Shown: positions 13,543 through 29,530 of the stretch, one piece after another
Layout of the letters: every line of letters begins with the position of its first letter
Position numbering within the stretch: position 1 is the first letter of the stretch
Origin: Eledone cirrhosa
Lineage: Eukaryota
Assembly (NCBI GenBank): GCA_964016885.1
Contig: OZ024757.1
Span: forward strand, 40,734,001-40,798,000
Direction of reading: 5' to 3'
DNA length: 64,000 nucleotides
Made by a program: the position numbers and the translations under genes
The notes under the pieces: model-generated
What the model was told of the DNA's origin: nothing
Seen by the model: the letters and a program-made list of their open reading frames with translations, nothing else
The model's database searches: none

Positions 13543-14011
13543 ACTACTCCATTACCAAAGGTTTCAGGATCCCAGACAATATTAATATATGTCTCGGTCG
13601 GTATATATATATATATATATTTATATATATACGTTTAGGAATGTATAACATATTGTAAGGACATGCCAATACCTGATAAAAATTTAGTGCAATACCCTGA
13701 GGTGTAGTAAATATTATATAAAGGGATATAACATGATAACGCAAGTGGTTTTACTGTTATCTTTGCTTTTGTCAGACAGTCTATTACTATTGTCATTGCA
13801 CCTCTTACATAGGATTTTAATATTGATAGCTAAATATCTCCCGACTTAAAAGCCAATATATTTTCATGGAGTTAGAATGGTTTGTCTGCGGAGTTAATGA
13901 CTTTCACAGAAAATGATACATTATTTCACGTCAGAAAACAGAAAAAAAACCCAGATTTTATCACCTTATTAATATTAATTTACTTGTATAAATATATATA
14001 AATGTATGTAT

Positions 14012-14127
<116 letters not shown>

Positions 14128-14221
14128 TTATACATACATATATAAATACCTATATACATATCACTGAATATAACAACGAATTTTGCCATTACGGGAGAGA
14201 TATTAAAAGCACTAAAATGTA

Positions 14222-14268
<47 letters not shown>

Positions 14269-14326
14269 TTATATATATATATATATACATACATATATAA
14301 TATATTAATATACACACACACACATC

Positions 14327-14358
<32 letters not shown>

Positions 14359-14669
14359 AGACAAGAATCACAAGCACACACTCACATACGCACCTAAAAA
14401 CACACAGCGATCTATATACACACTAAAAATATATACACAGTAAAAATAAATAATAAAAGAGCTGCAGTAAAGTATCGTCTACATACCAAAGGCGGTGTCA
14501 ATGTATGTCGAAACGTTACGATTTACTGTCCAAATCGTATACTATCATGTTGACACTCACTAAACACACACGGTCGCCATATTGGACAGAAGAAAAATTG
14601 AATGGTTTAACATAACCCTACATGAACGACTGGTATACATCATGTTGTAGAATATATATATTACATAGG

Positions 14670-14956
14670 AGTTGGTGGGTGGTGGTGGGCGGTGGTGGTG
14701 GTGGAGGCGGTGGTCGTGGTGGTGGTTTGTGATGGTGGTGGTGGAGGCGGTGGTCGTGGTGGTGGTGGTGATGGTGGTGCTGGTGTTGGTGGTGGTGGAG
14801 CTGGTGGTGGTGGTGCTGGTTGTGGTGGTGGGCGGTGGTGGTGGGTGGTGGTGGTGGTGCTGGTGGTGGTGGTGCTGGTTGTGGTGGTACTGGTGCTGGT
14901 TGTGGTGGTGTGGGGGTGGGGGTGGTGGCGGTGGTGTTGGTGGTGGTGGTGGTGGT
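14670..14956. repeat. (GGT)n-derived low-complexity tract
   Basis: Read directly from the sequence. Confidence 0.95.
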
Positions 14957-15373
14957 AAATTTTCAGGAGTAACACACGTGCGTAGTGGTTTTATCGCTTA
15001 ATTATTTGGGAATAATTTTCAGACGAAATCACACAGGAAAATATTACAAAAAATAAAGTAAAAAAACAAAAGCGAAATTGATGAGCTTCGATCTGTATGT
15101 CCCTTTCAATTGCTTCTCAACGAGACTCTCATTATTTCTCGTAATTATAATCATTAAACCAACGTAATGTAAAGTAGAACCGATCATGCTAGTGTGATAA
15201 TCATTGATAGAAATTATAGAAATCGAACACTATCCCTGTAGACGTCCAATTAGTCTAGTTCTGCTATTATTGGTTTCAGTCACTGAAGTGTGTGGCCATA
15301 CTGGAGCATTTCCTTGAAAGGGTTTAGTTTTGTTTTGTCAATGAGGGTCCCTATTTATTGATTAACTCAGCTT

Positions 15374-15413
<40 letters not shown>

Positions 15414-15429
15414 CATATATGAATATACA

Positions 15430-15481
<52 letters not shown>

Positions 15482-15490
15482 CATATATAC

Positions 15491-15557
<67 letters not shown>

Positions 15558-15592
15558 CATACATATATATATATATATATATACATATATAT

Positions 15593-15671
<79 letters not shown>

Positions 15672-15712
15672 TATATATATATATGAATGTTAGAGTTAAT
15701 AACTCATACTGA

Positions 15713-15790
15713 AACCCCGATGATGCCCGTGGATTATCTCTTACAAACACACTCGGGGCGAAACAGATTAATCCCTAATCTGTCCGAGAG
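15713..15790 (+). ncRNA. Degenerate type I hammerhead ribozyme
   Basis: CCGATGA core variant, GCCC...GGGC stem II, GAAACAGATTA-atccc-TAATCTGTC stem III with GUC. Stem I is decayed. Confidence 0.55.
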
Positions 15791-15921
15791 ATATAATTGT
15801 TATTGAGGCGGTTTGTATAATATAATTTTATTTTATTTTATCATTCTGTCTGCTTCATGGTTAAATATTAGACACACGATTTACTGTGTTTCTTACTACA
15901 TATATTATATATATATATATG

Positions 15922-16056
<135 letters not shown>

Positions 16057-16253
16057 ATTAGTAAAAGGAAAAGAAAATGCTGACAAATTTTTTCCCAGTG
16101 AAAAATAGTTTAATTAGGAATAAGTATAAATTAGTAATAAGTATTGGTTAGTATTCAGTTTTAGTTTTAAGTTCTTACCGGTTCCGCATTTCCAATGATT
16201 TTCAATATAATTTTGAGATAGAGTGCTCGTGATGTTTGCTCTAATCTAATATG

Positions 16254-16300
<47 letters not shown>

Positions 16301-16516
16301 AGTGTGTGTGTGTGTGTGTGTGTGTTTGTGTTTGTGTGTGTGTGTGTGTGTAGGTTGGAAAACATTAATTGCTTCCAGAGAGCGAGAGAAAGAGAGGGGG
16401 GGGCAGACACGGAGAGAGTAAGAGGAAGGGGGAGAAGGGGAGATGATGAAGAGATATAGAGGAATAATTGAACCATGTCTGAACTGGACTAAGATAAAAA
16501 CTTTCTTTAGATTTTC

Positions 16517-16625
16517 AAAGAAAGGAAACGAAGTTGATCTGAGCGAGATTTGAACTCAGCGAGCAGAGGATTAGTAGGAATGCCACAGGGTGTGGTATCT
16601 GATCACCTAACCACTCTACTGACCC
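16517..16625 (-). mobile_element. SINE family 1 fragment
   Basis: Reverse complement of GAGTTCAAATCTCGC...AACTTCGTTTCCTTT. Confidence 0.55.
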
Positions 16626-17140
16626 CTTGGCTATATAGACGTCTGTGGAATGATTCGAGTAAATTGATATCATTTGGTTAATATCGAGTGTCATAGTCTG
16701 CATCATTACTAGACAAGTCCTTAGAGATAAGAGTAACTGGTTAGTTTATAAAAGTTATTAAACATAATTACATACATAGGGGTTCATACGTCTTTGGATT
16801 GAACCTACTTGAGTGCGCTTAATCACCATGGTCGTTGTTTATGAATATCCAAATGTCAGTGTACAATGATGAAAGAGATTATCAAAGAAATACGATCAAA
16901 GACCTGTGATCGGAGACCCATTATAAAACCCAACTTATTATTGCAGACATATGATCAAAAACCTCTCATGAAAGACGCATAATAAAACATTGAAAAATAA
17001 AAGGTGACCAATCATCAAAAGCCTATGGTCAAATTTGCTCCAGACCTATTTATTGCGTCTGGCTATAAAGTAAGGTGCTTAACGAAGGCGTCGCGTAAAA
17101 TTCCCTAGAAAGGTTTTTAACCTTTCCTGTGTGTTGATAT

Positions 17141-17285
17141 GAAGGCGCATGGCTTCGTGGTTAGAGCATTGGGCTTGCAATCGAAAGGTTGTGAGTTCAA
17201 TTCTCGGACCGGGAGATGTGTTGTTTCCTTGAGCAAGACACTTTATTTCACGTTGCTCCATTTTACTCAGCTGTAGAAATGAGAT
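17141..17285 (+). mobile_element. tRNA-derived SINE family 2 (CORE-like body), 5' part
   Basis: GGCGCATGGCTTCGTGGTTAGAGC A-box, GAGTTCAATT B-box, then GTTTCCTTGAGCAAGACACTTTATTTCACGTTGCTCC. Confidence 0.8.
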
Positions 17286-17547
17286 GATAGGACTGGGGTC
17301 CCTATCATTAATTTAACCAAGACACCTCCAACGAGATGTACCCTGGAGGAGGCCAGCTAATCCTGCATAGGTGTTAGGGAACTGACGAGGGTAATTTGGC
17401 AGAGACGATGAAACCTCGGATAGAAGACTTCGTTCGGCACCTCTTAGCACTGAATTCAAACCCAACTGAGGTCAACTTTGCCTTTTTTTAAATATATATT
17501 CCTGGTCGATAAATTAAAATACCAATCCAGTTCTGGCGTCAATTCCA

Positions 17548-17633
<86 letters not shown>

Positions 17634-17716
17634 TGTGTGTGTGTGTGTAGTAAGTATACTGGAGCAACGTGAAATAAAGAGTATTGTTCAATTGTTCAAG
17701 AACATAATGCGCAACC

Positions 17717-17885
17717 CATTCTTTAGAAATCATCAGATTCCTGATGATTTCTAAAGAATGAAACAGTTCTAGTCCTGTAGAATCTCATCTATATTAAAAC
17801 TTTTATACTCTGCTCTGTATTGAGTATCTTACTTACTGTGGTTACCTCCGATTCAACCCGGAATATCTTTTACCTATATTTCTCT
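17717..17885 (+). mobile_element. Penelope-like terminal fragment with an intact hammerhead (17735-17785) and a 20-bp 5' inversion
   Basis: AGATTC-CTGATGA-tTTCtaaaGAAt-GAAACAG-loop-CTGTA-GAATCT. Palindrome at 17717-17760. Ends in (TA)n. Confidence 0.75.
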
Positions 17886-18564
17886 ATATATATATATATA
17901 TATTTATATAACCCTATCTCTATCTCGGTTTCACTATATATGTGCAAATACATCTCTTTCTGCCTTTAATATTTTCTTTTTTCTGGAAGAAATCGATTCT
18001 GTTCAGACAATAATTGAGAAACGCCCAAGATATCGAAACCCAGTATTAGAACGGCACCACCAGGAATCCATTTCTCTTAGATTCTACAAATGTATTAATT
18101 CTTCTGTTCAGTAATTCTTCATACATAAATAAAATAAATGCTGGTTTTCTTGAAATCTTTATAGCTAACGATAAATATGTCTATAAAAGCATTTTACAGT
18201 TTTTAAGAAGCTATAAATTTTAGTTGAACGATCCCCCGTTGCAAAGAAATATATTATTTATTAGGAAAGAGTTGTAGTTTATATATGTATAATAAACAAT
18301 TTTAACTAATAACTTTTTTTTTTTTTTTTTTTTTTTTTTGGCAAACAATGGTTTTATAGCAAAAATATACGTTGTCAAATGAGACGAAACTTGTAGCAAA
18401 CGACGCCTGTATTATATGGGCGATATGTATTGCTTGACGGAGTCTCACATTTTCTCGTTATTTGCCACTCTTTCTCGCTCTGTCTGTCTCTCCATATCTC
18501 TCCATCTCTTTCACACATATTATAGATGCATATGTATAGAAAAAAAGAAAGAGAGAAGATTATA

Positions 18565-18646
<82 letters not shown>

Positions 18647-18750
18647 TAAATATATATATATGTATATATATTTATTAAAATAACAATATTTGATATATAT
18701 TTATCCTTATCAAGCCCTCTTTGGATTTTAGTCTTCAAATTTATTATTAT

Positions 18751-18829
<79 letters not shown>

Positions 18830-18855
18830 CATATATATATGTACACACACACACG

Positions 18856-19142
18856 TGGAGGCACGTGACCTACTGGTAAGAGTCTTGGACTTACGATCAT
18901 AATGTCGTGGGCTCCATTCCTAGGCTGTGTGTTGTGTTCTTGAGCAAAACACTTCATTTCACGTTGCTCCAGTATACTCAGCTGAAAACGAGTACCAGTA
19001 ATAGCTGGAGGTTTAACCCTGCGATGGACTGGCATCCTGTCCAGGGGGTGGAGAGTCTTGTACTCTCAGTCGCTTCACGCCATGAAACCGGGATAAGCAC
19101 CGGCCAAATGAGGCTTCTGGCTTAAGACATACTTTAGACTTT
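18856..19142 (+). mobile_element. SINE family 2, near full-length
   Basis: tRNA-like head, GTTGTGTTCTTGAGCAAAACACTT body, CCTGCGATGGACTGGCATCCTGTCCAGGG segment, short ACTTTAG repeat tail. Confidence 0.85.
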
Positions 19143-19161
19143 AGACACACACACACACATG

Positions 19162-19235
<74 letters not shown>

Positions 19236-19535
19236 CATATATAGTATGTATATATTCATATATATGCGCATACACTAACGCAAGCACATAAGCATACACA
19301 TACATACACATACATAGATATAACATGTGATAAATAATCTAGTTGGATCGGAAGTTGGTTCAAGAATATGTAGCTTCTTAAAATTGTTAAATACTTTAAA
19401 AGCCATATTTATTGTTAGCTATAAAGATTTCTACTAGCTACATCTACACCTACACACGTATGTATGATGTGTGTGTATATATATACACACACATCACACA
19501 CACACACACGTATATATATTTATATGTATGTGTAA

Positions 19536-19567
<32 letters not shown>

Positions 19568-19634
19568 ACATATACACATATAAACTTTAATCTGTTATTT
19601 TAAGAAATATATATATGTTTCTTTGTATTTATTA

Positions 19635-19668
<34 letters not shown>

Positions 19669-19671
<3 letters not shown>

Positions 19672-19802
19672 AAATAAGCCAGGCGGCTGAGCTCCGGCCC
19701 TTTCGGAGCTCAACCGTCGGGTCCTGACTCTTTTCCTATCCATTCTACTACAAAGTATCGAATACTTTGGCACGTTATGGTCCTCATGGTTCCTTACCAC
19801 AC

Positions 19803-19806
<4 letters not shown>
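19669..19806 (+). mobile_element. Family A Penelope-like terminal fragment
   Basis: GAGCTCAACCGTCGGGTCCTGACTC...GGTTCCTTACCACA followed by (TA)n. Confidence 0.7.
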
Positions 19807-19851
<45 letters not shown>

Positions 19852-19859
19852 GTAATATA

Positions 19860-20030
19860 GAAATGGCTTCTACAGGACGAGAACAGTTTGTTTCGAAGAG
19901 AATCATCAAGAAAGCCCATGATTTTCTTCGAATGCAACAGTATTAGTTCTTTAGAACCTATTTCTTTATTAAATACTGTATATATTCTACTATGTATTGA
20001 GTACTTTACTTACTTGGTTACCCCTCATTG
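19860..20030. mobile_element. Diverged fold-back fragment related to 17717-17885, with a degenerate minus-strand hammerhead
   Basis: Minus strand reads GGCTTTC-TTGATGA...GAAAC...TGTA-GAAGCC. Plus-strand tail TGTATTGAGTA...CTTACTTGGTTACC is shared with 17815-17850. Confidence 0.55.
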
Positions 20031-20033
20031 CAC

Positions 20034-20078
<45 letters not shown>

Positions 20079-20100
20079 ATGGTCTTACTAGTTTAATAAT

Positions 20101-20315
20101 GGTTTCTCATATAGGCACAAGGTCAGCAATTTTCGAGGAGGAGAAATTCGATTAAATATACCACAGCGCGTGACTGGTACTTTATTTTATCGACCCTGTA
20201 AGGATGATAGGCAAAGTTAACCTCAGCGGGATTTGAACTCAGGTCATAAAGGGCCGTAATTCTATGCTGCAAAGCATGGCGTCCGACTCTCTACCAATAC
20301 TGCCAATCCACCACC
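20101..20315 (-). mobile_element. SINE family 1, full-length
   Basis: Reverse complement of the copy at 35581-35765. Confidence 0.88.
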
Positions 20316-20764
20316 AATACTGGTTTCATAATGATATATATATATATATATGAGTGTGTGTATGTATACATACATACACACATACATATACACATATATA
20401 CATACATACCTGCATACATCTACATACATACATTGTTAAAGAACCATTTACGGAGACAGCGGATTCGTTTCAAATGTTCTTTTCCGTTAGTGTTTGCGTT
20501 TCCTTGTATTAGCATATGTTATATGTAGGCAGACATTTTAGATATTAAATACAACTCAAGTAGAATCACCTCTATGTCTTTAACTTCTACAGAAAACATT
20601 GTGAGTTTTCTACACAAATCTTGTTGGGGTTTTATACAATCTTACAAGTACGTACTTTATATCTTCCGTTTTATTTTAAATATATTATATATATACTATA
20701 TAGATATACAAATATATAGGCACACATATAAATACATGCATACCTATAGATATAGATACATACA

Positions 20765-20802
<38 letters not shown>

Positions 20803-20824
20803 ATATATATATATTATATATATA

Positions 20825-20875
<51 letters not shown>

Positions 20876-20878
20876 TAT

Positions 20879-21032
<154 letters not shown>

Positions 21033-21425
21033 GATATACATTTCAAATATTCATTGTTTTCAATATATATACGAGACTGGATGTTCAACAATTCTAAGGA
21101 GATCTTATTATTATTCTTCTTCTCGGAATGCAACAAGATGAGGAAATAGAAGTATCCTTAAAATTATCGGTGTATATAATCTGTTCCCCAACAAGTTGTA
21201 ATAGAAAGTCAATTGATGGGTTGATGGATGAAATTCACTGAAAAGATCTTATTTCGTATTCATTGACACAGAATGGAGAGAGAAACGGATGCGATTTCTA
21301 CGGAGTTTATAAAGAAGGTTTCAATAGAATTACTTCCGCCAATTTTAGCACTTAATCTTCAGGAAACAATTAGGAATGGCTTGTACTTGTTTTGACACAA
21401 ACTAACACACACACATATATATATG

Positions 21426-21538
<113 letters not shown>

Positions 21539-21743
21539 TTATATATATATATATATACATGTGCATGCATGTATGTATATGTATATATATATATATATAT
21601 GACTATATACATGTATGCATACATGCGCAGGCACACACACTTACAAACATACATACACACATATCAACTCAGACGCACATATATATATATATGCATTAAT
21701 ATATGTGTATGTGCACGTCTGTATAAACACACACACACACACA

Positions 21744-21877
<134 letters not shown>

Positions 21878-23614
21878 GCCATTTTAATTGCTTTATCAAC
21901 GCTGGTGTTAAGAGTTTCATCACAAGTGAAATACAATAGGATTTATCAGAAGTTTCGCTGAGATTTACACATTAGATATTATTACAAGTGTGTGATTCGT
22001 TAAAGCGACACAATACAGGCGGATCTGTGAACAATTTAGTTTTACATTATAACATCGGCGTCTTATTTCCTCGAAAACAAGAACAATTCTAGTAAAGTAT
22101 GGTATAGTCTGATTCCGCAACACCTGGTGAAGTTGTAGGGGCGCCATAGTCGCATATGCTGTTTTTAAGTCATTTTAAAGCTTTCTAATCTATTTTGATT
22201 GATTTGGAAAGAAACACCATGATGTATGTATATTTTTGATGATATTCACACAAATTTTTAAGATGATTAAATACTCAGATGGAATCTCGCCTGGGCGGAC
22301 AGAATAGAGAAGAGGTCTCAACGGAGGATAGTGAGTGAGAAGCGCTGGAAAAGCCACTCCGGCTTGCGAAGATCTCACCTACGGGTAGCCAATGTTGTGC
22401 CGATGGTGCTGAGTAGGTAGGTGGCCCTAGGGCCAAGTACACCAGAAGTCTCCACTACTACAGGTAGCCAACTCTGTGCTGATGGTGGTGAGTAGGGATG
22501 TGGTCTTAGTGTCAACAACAGGCGTCTCCACAGTCGCCGTATCTACTGGAAACGTCTCTGAGAGCGACCGACTTCTCTCCAGGTCTGAATACAACATATT
22601 TCTCCCAAAGAAGGAGAGGAAGGGAGACAGAATGGAAGTGAGAAAGAGATACAGGGGAGGAATCGACCCCAGTATTTGACTGGTACTTGTACATGAGAAC
22701 TCACATGTCTGTGTGTGTGCGTGCGTGCGTATCTGTGTGTGTATGGGTGGGTATGTGTATATATTGTGCGTGTGTGATTGTTTCTATATGTGTGTGTGTG
22801 TGTCTTCATGTGTCTTTCTGTGCATTTGTGTGTATGCGCGTGTGCATATGTGTGAATGTGTGTGTGTGTTTGTGTGTATATGTAAGTGTGTGCGTTTGTG
22901 TGTGCTTGTGTGCGATTGTGTGTTTACGCGTGTGCTTGTGTGCGATTGTGTGTTTACGCGTGTGTATATATGCGCCAAAGTTTTTCTTTTTGTGTGTTTG
23001 CGTGTGTGTTTATTTGTATGTGTGTATATGTATATTTGTCACTGTATATGAGTTAATATATGTGTGTATGTGTGTATATATGTATATGAGTATGTGTGTA
23101 TATATATATATATGTTTATGTGTGTATTTGTCAAAGAAAACTTAATAATATTAACCCCCCCCCCCCCCCCCAAAAAAAAAAAACATATTTTTTAAAGTTG
23201 AATATTTAGAAGTTAATATATTTTCGTTATTACCAAATGACATGTAGAAAACAAAACCACAAACATATAAAGACAAGATTGTATATTAAATTGAAATAAA
23301 AAATAATATTGATACAATATTGTTAGCCTTTTCATCAAGAACATTCAGGAATGCTCGAGAAAATAATCAATTACAGAAGACAAAACAAAATAAGAACAGA
23401 TAGAAAAAAGCTTGTTAATATCTTGTGTAAATTAATATCAGGAAAACAATACTGTAAACAATGAAATAATTCTTCACATCTCTTAATATGGCGGCCGTGT
23501 AGGGTTTCGTATTAAATAACAAAATAACGAGCAAACTGACAGAATAAGCGTTTGTCGCATATCACTGAAAATAGATTCCTGCGTAGATATAAGCCTATAT
23601 GACAGCATATAGAC

Positions 23615-24224
23615 GTGCATGCTTATAAATATACAAACATGTATACATGCATACATGTTTTTATACATATAAATATGCTTGCAAGTGTGTACACATACAT
23701 ACATGTATACATGCATACATGTTTTTATACATATAAATATGCTTGCAAGTGTGTACACATACATACATGTATACATGCATACATGTTTTTATACATATAA
23801 ATATGCTTGCAAGTGTGTACACATACATACATGTATACATGCATACATGTTTTTATACATATAAATATGCTTGCAAGTGTGTACACATACATACATGTAT
23901 ACATGCATACATGTTTTTATACATATATATATGCTTGCAAGTTTGTACACATACATACATGTATACATGCATACATGTTTTTATACATATATATTATGCT
24001 TGCAAGTTTGTACGCATACATGTATACATGCATACATGTTTTTATACATATATATATGCTTGCAAGTTTGTACGCATACATGTATACATGCATACATGAT
24101 TTTATACATATATATTATGCTTGCAAGTTTGTACGCATACATGTATACATGCATACATGTTTTTATACATATATATATGCTTGCAAGTTTGTACGCATGC
24201 ATGTATACATGCATACATGTTTTT

Positions 24225-24260
<36 letters not shown>

Positions 24261-24360
24261 TAGCAGGTTTGTGCACATACATACTTGTATACATGCATAC
24301 AGGTTTATATATATATATATATGCTTGTAAGTTTGTACACATACATACATGTATGCTTGC
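23615..24360. repeat. ~60-64-bp minisatellite (ATGCTTGCAAGTGTGTACACATACATACATGTATACATGCATACATGTTTTTATAC...)
   Basis: About 12 tandem units; periodicity is 64 and then 60-61. Confidence 0.95.
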
Positions 24361-24494
24361 TTTGTAAATATATATACATATATACATATATACATATATA
24401 AATATATATATCTAGACATGTTTGTAAGCATACATACATAGGTGCATACATACATACCTACATGGATATAACACTACATACAAACGCATATATA

Positions 24495-24554
<60 letters not shown>

Positions 24555-24650
24555 AGATATCAACATGAATGGACCTATTATTTTCATGTAAAGACACTTT
24601 TTTGAATTCCACCCTACCCGCCCCCTCAATCTATCTTATTTATCATTCTT

Positions 24651-24686
24651 TCTTCTGATGAAGGACTAGCGTTCGAAACGTTAAGA
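24651..24686 (+). ncRNA. Minimal type I hammerhead ribozyme (Penelope-type)
   Basis: TCTT-CTGATGA-a-GGAC tagc GTTC-GAAAC-GTT-AAGA, with palindromic AACGTT as stem III. Confidence 0.7.
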
Positions 24687-24795
24687 TCTTCCTGCTATAT
24701 CAAACGTTAAGCTAATATATCCCTTCCATATACTGTACCGATTGTGTTGTTATTTCTCATTACCTTTTACACATACATATACACATATATATATG

Positions 24796-24904
<109 letters not shown>

Positions 24905-25192
24905 ATATATTGATATATATTAATATGTAATCATTCAGAAGGCCTATATTAAATTGTCAAGGAACAATATTTGCAGCTGTGAACAATAAACATAACCTAC
25001 ACTGCCTGAAGAACCACTTTGTGACGAAACGCTTACATTTCATAGGAAACCAAATATTCAGTTGTTAATAAAATATATATTTATAGTATCGCGTTCTGCT
25101 TAATAATGCTTTTAGTTTATATACACACACATATATATATATGTACATATAAATATACATATATATGTACATATATACATATCTATATATAT

Positions 25193-25355
<163 letters not shown>

Positions 25356-25537
25356 CATATACACAAAGCAACGGTTCGTGCGTTCTATACGTTAGAATTA
25401 TCGCACTTGAATATGTATTGTCACACATATATATACAGATATAGGCAAACATACTTTCTCGTATATATATACATATACATTTATATTTAATTATCTACAC
25501 GTGTCCTGTATAAGCATATATGATATGTGTGTGTGAT

Positions 25538-25569
<32 letters not shown>

Positions 25570-25729
25570 GATGCGTGTATGTGAAGCATCGTGCTCTCTC
25601 ACTTCACACACACACACATATAATGTACATATATATATATAAACACATATACAAAAACACTCATATGTATACGTATTTATATAAATATATATATATACCT
25701 CATATATACATATATGTATATATTTACGA

Positions 25730-25796
<67 letters not shown>

Positions 25797-25893
25797 TATA
25801 CATCCATACGAGCATATATTTATACAAACAGGTGTATTTCTTGGTGTGAATGTAGTTACTCGTATACGTAGATATAAATATTTACATATACAT

Positions 25894-25964
<71 letters not shown>

Positions 25965-26175
25965 TATATCACCAGTGTATATATAAAAATATATATAATA
26001 TGGAAGGAAGCTACTTTATTATTTAAACTAACGAGATTAACGACCAACTCTGTGTTGCCCATAATTTCAGGTTTCGGCGTTTTTGGTTTCAGTTAGCGAC
26101 AGAAATTAGATTAGGATTGTTTGGCTCAGGTATGGAGTTTGAACGATGTGTTTGTAGATACTATGGTAACAAATA

Positions 26176-26495
26176 TGGTGGTGGTGGTGGTGGTGGTGGT
26201 GGTGGTGGTGGTGGTGGTGGTGGTGGTGGTGGTGATGTAGTGGTGGTGGTGGTGGTGGTGGTGGTGGTGGTGGTGGTGATAGTGGAGGTGATGGTGGTGG
26301 TAGTGGAGGTGATGGTGTGATGGTGGCGGTGGTGATGGTTATGCTGGTGATAGTGGAGGTGATGGCGGTGGTGGTGGTGGTGATGATAATGATGTTAATT
26401 ATGATGATAATAGTGACGATGGTGATGATGTTGATGTTGATGTTGATGATGATGATTAGAAGGTGGCGGAGGAAGATTATGATAATGATGACGAC
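26176..26495. repeat. (GGT)n/(GAT)n tract
   Basis: Read directly from the sequence. Confidence 0.95.
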
Positions 26496-26614
26496 GGCAC
26501 TAAAGTATAATGTGTGTGTGTCGGTGGTGTCTGTGTGTGGTGGCTGTTGGTGTGCGTGTGGTGTCTGTGTGTTGTGTGTGCGTTGAAATGTGTGTATATA
26601 TGTCCATATGTATA

Positions 26615-26731
<117 letters not shown>

Positions 26732-26790
26732 ATATGTAATTATATATAAATATATATATATATATAAATACATATATATATATATTTATA

Positions 26791-27240
26791 TACAATATTA
26801 AATAAATGGAAACTATATTTATAAAACCATATTTATTTCATTATATATATTCAGGGATATCATATTAACAATATGCTATGCCTTCCTCAGACAAAATACA
26901 ATATAAACAGTTTTATAGATAAATAGATTTGACATACCGTAACAACATCGACTTGTATTTGAAAAAGTTGAATTGGCATTTTTCAAATACAAGTCGATGT
27001 TGTTACGGTATGTCAAATCTATTTATCTATAAAACTGTTTATATTGTATTTTGTCTGAGGAAGGCATAGCATATTGTTAATATGATATCCCTGAAATATA
27101 TATAATGAAATAAATATGGTTTTATAAATATAGTTTCCATTTATTTAATATTGTAAATATACTCCAAATACTTGTCGAGTGATTTTATATCAGTTATAAA
27201 TATTTACTAGTTGTAACCAACAATTTAAATATAACTTTCC
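26791..27240. mobile_element. Palindromic hammerhead-bearing element (family B, copy 1)
   Basis: ~176-bp inverted arms 26791-27155 with a 12-bp loop. CTGAGGA...GAAAT-atat-ATA hammerhead at 27047-27112, mirrored in the left arm. Confidence 0.8.
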
Positions 27241-27310
27241 ATATATATTTATATAATATATATATATATATACACACATATATATATATATATATAAATA
27301 CATATATATA

Positions 27311-27860
<550 letters not shown>

Positions 27861-27869
27861 AATACATAC

Positions 27870-27964
<95 letters not shown>

Positions 27965-27969
27965 CATAC

Positions 27970-28048
<79 letters not shown>

Positions 28049-28151
28049 CCACTTATCGAGTTATTGTTATTGATTATTTTCCTTAACACGCTGCATTAAT
28101 CGCAAGAACTTTCAACTGTCAGCACTTATATCATTTAATATTCCAGTCTCT

Positions 28152-28203
<52 letters not shown>

Positions 28204-28517
28204 CCATCTCTCTCCCTCTATCTATCTACCTATCTATGTCTCTCTGTCTCGCTCTGTCACTCTCTCTATCATTCTATCTCTTTCACCATCTCTCTCTCTC
28301 TTTGATTCTCTCTCTCTCTGTCTATTTATCTATCTATCTCTATCATACTCTCTCACTCATTCTCTCTTTTTCACACAGTCTATCTCTCTCACAAACTCTC
28401 TTTATCTCTCTCTCTCGTTCTCTCTCTCTCTCTCTCTCACACTGTCTCTCTATCTATCTACCTATCTGTCTTTCTATCTCTGTACGTGTCATCTAATATT
28501 TCACACTATCTCTCTCT

Positions 28518-28552
<35 letters not shown>

Positions 28553-28635
28553 TATATATATATATATATATTTGCTTCTTTCTTTCACCCTATCCATCTG
28601 TCTACCTATCTATCTATCTCCCTATCAATCTCTCT

Positions 28636-28912
28636 CTCTCTACGTCATCACACCACCACGCCACCTATACCATGTCTACAGCTAGTTACACTCTCTACGT
28701 CATCACACCACCACTCCACCTATACCATGTCTACAGCTAGTTACACTCTCTACGTCATCACACCACCACGCCACCTATACCATGTCTACAACCAGTTACA
28801 CTCTCTACGTCATCACACCACCACGCCACCTATACCATGTCTACAACTAGTTACACTCTCTACGTCATCACACCACCACGCCACCTATACCATGTCTACA
28901 GCTAGTTACACT
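28636..28912. repeat. 55-bp minisatellite, 5 copies
   Basis: CTCTCTACGTCATCACACCACCACGCCACC... at 28636, 28691, 28746, 28801 and 28856. Confidence 0.95.
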
Positions 28913-29126
28913 ACTAATGCTGCTGCTACAATTGTGATATCTGGCAATAGAATGATTAGCTGGAATTAAGCACATGGTCACATGTATTGCATATATATAA
29001 TATATATACTGTATATACATCTAAGAAAATATATACATTCAATATATATATATGGGGCGGGGGCTCTGAGTGCGGGTAAAATATAGATATAAATAATATT
29101 AATATATCTATATATACTATAAATAC

Positions 29127-29159
<33 letters not shown>

Positions 29160-29177
29160 ATATATATATATTATATA

Positions 29178-29530
29178 ATTAATCAAATATTAACATAGAT
29201 AGTCTTGTGATCAATTATATTTTTATTATACATATTTCAGAGGTATTGAATTAAGTTCAACAGTACGTCCTTATCAGTAGTACCTTGATTAAATCTTAAC
29301 CATCTACCATGTCAAGGTATGTCATGTATCATTTTATTTTATTCTGATGAGGACGTACTGTTGAACTTAATTCAATACCTCTGAAATATCTATAATAAAA
29401 TATAATTGATCACAAGAATATCTATTTTGTTAATATTTTGAATTAATATTAATAACTCTGGAAATATAATACTGTAGAGTGCTACCAATCTATTGTAAAA
29501 CTCATTCTTTGATGTTCTCATTGAATCTGG
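29178..29530. mobile_element. Palindromic hammerhead-bearing element (family C)
   Basis: Inverted arms ~29178-29280 and 29344-29446. CTGATGA-GGAC...TTGAActtaaTTCAA...GAAAT hammerhead-like motif at 29336-29401. Confidence 0.7.

Noticed and set aside
17378-17440. Further CTGACGA...GAAAC hammerhead-like words (also ~34423, ~45260 and ~62700 minus)
   Set aside because: The stems or cores are too degenerate to support individually, so they were not counted.
22134-22600. GC-richer island that could be a host exon (minus-strand AG...GT) or a solo LTR, with a 39-bp internal duplication
   Set aside because: The longest frame hits a stop with no recognisable protein, and I found no TG...CA ends with a TSD. 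Left unclassified.
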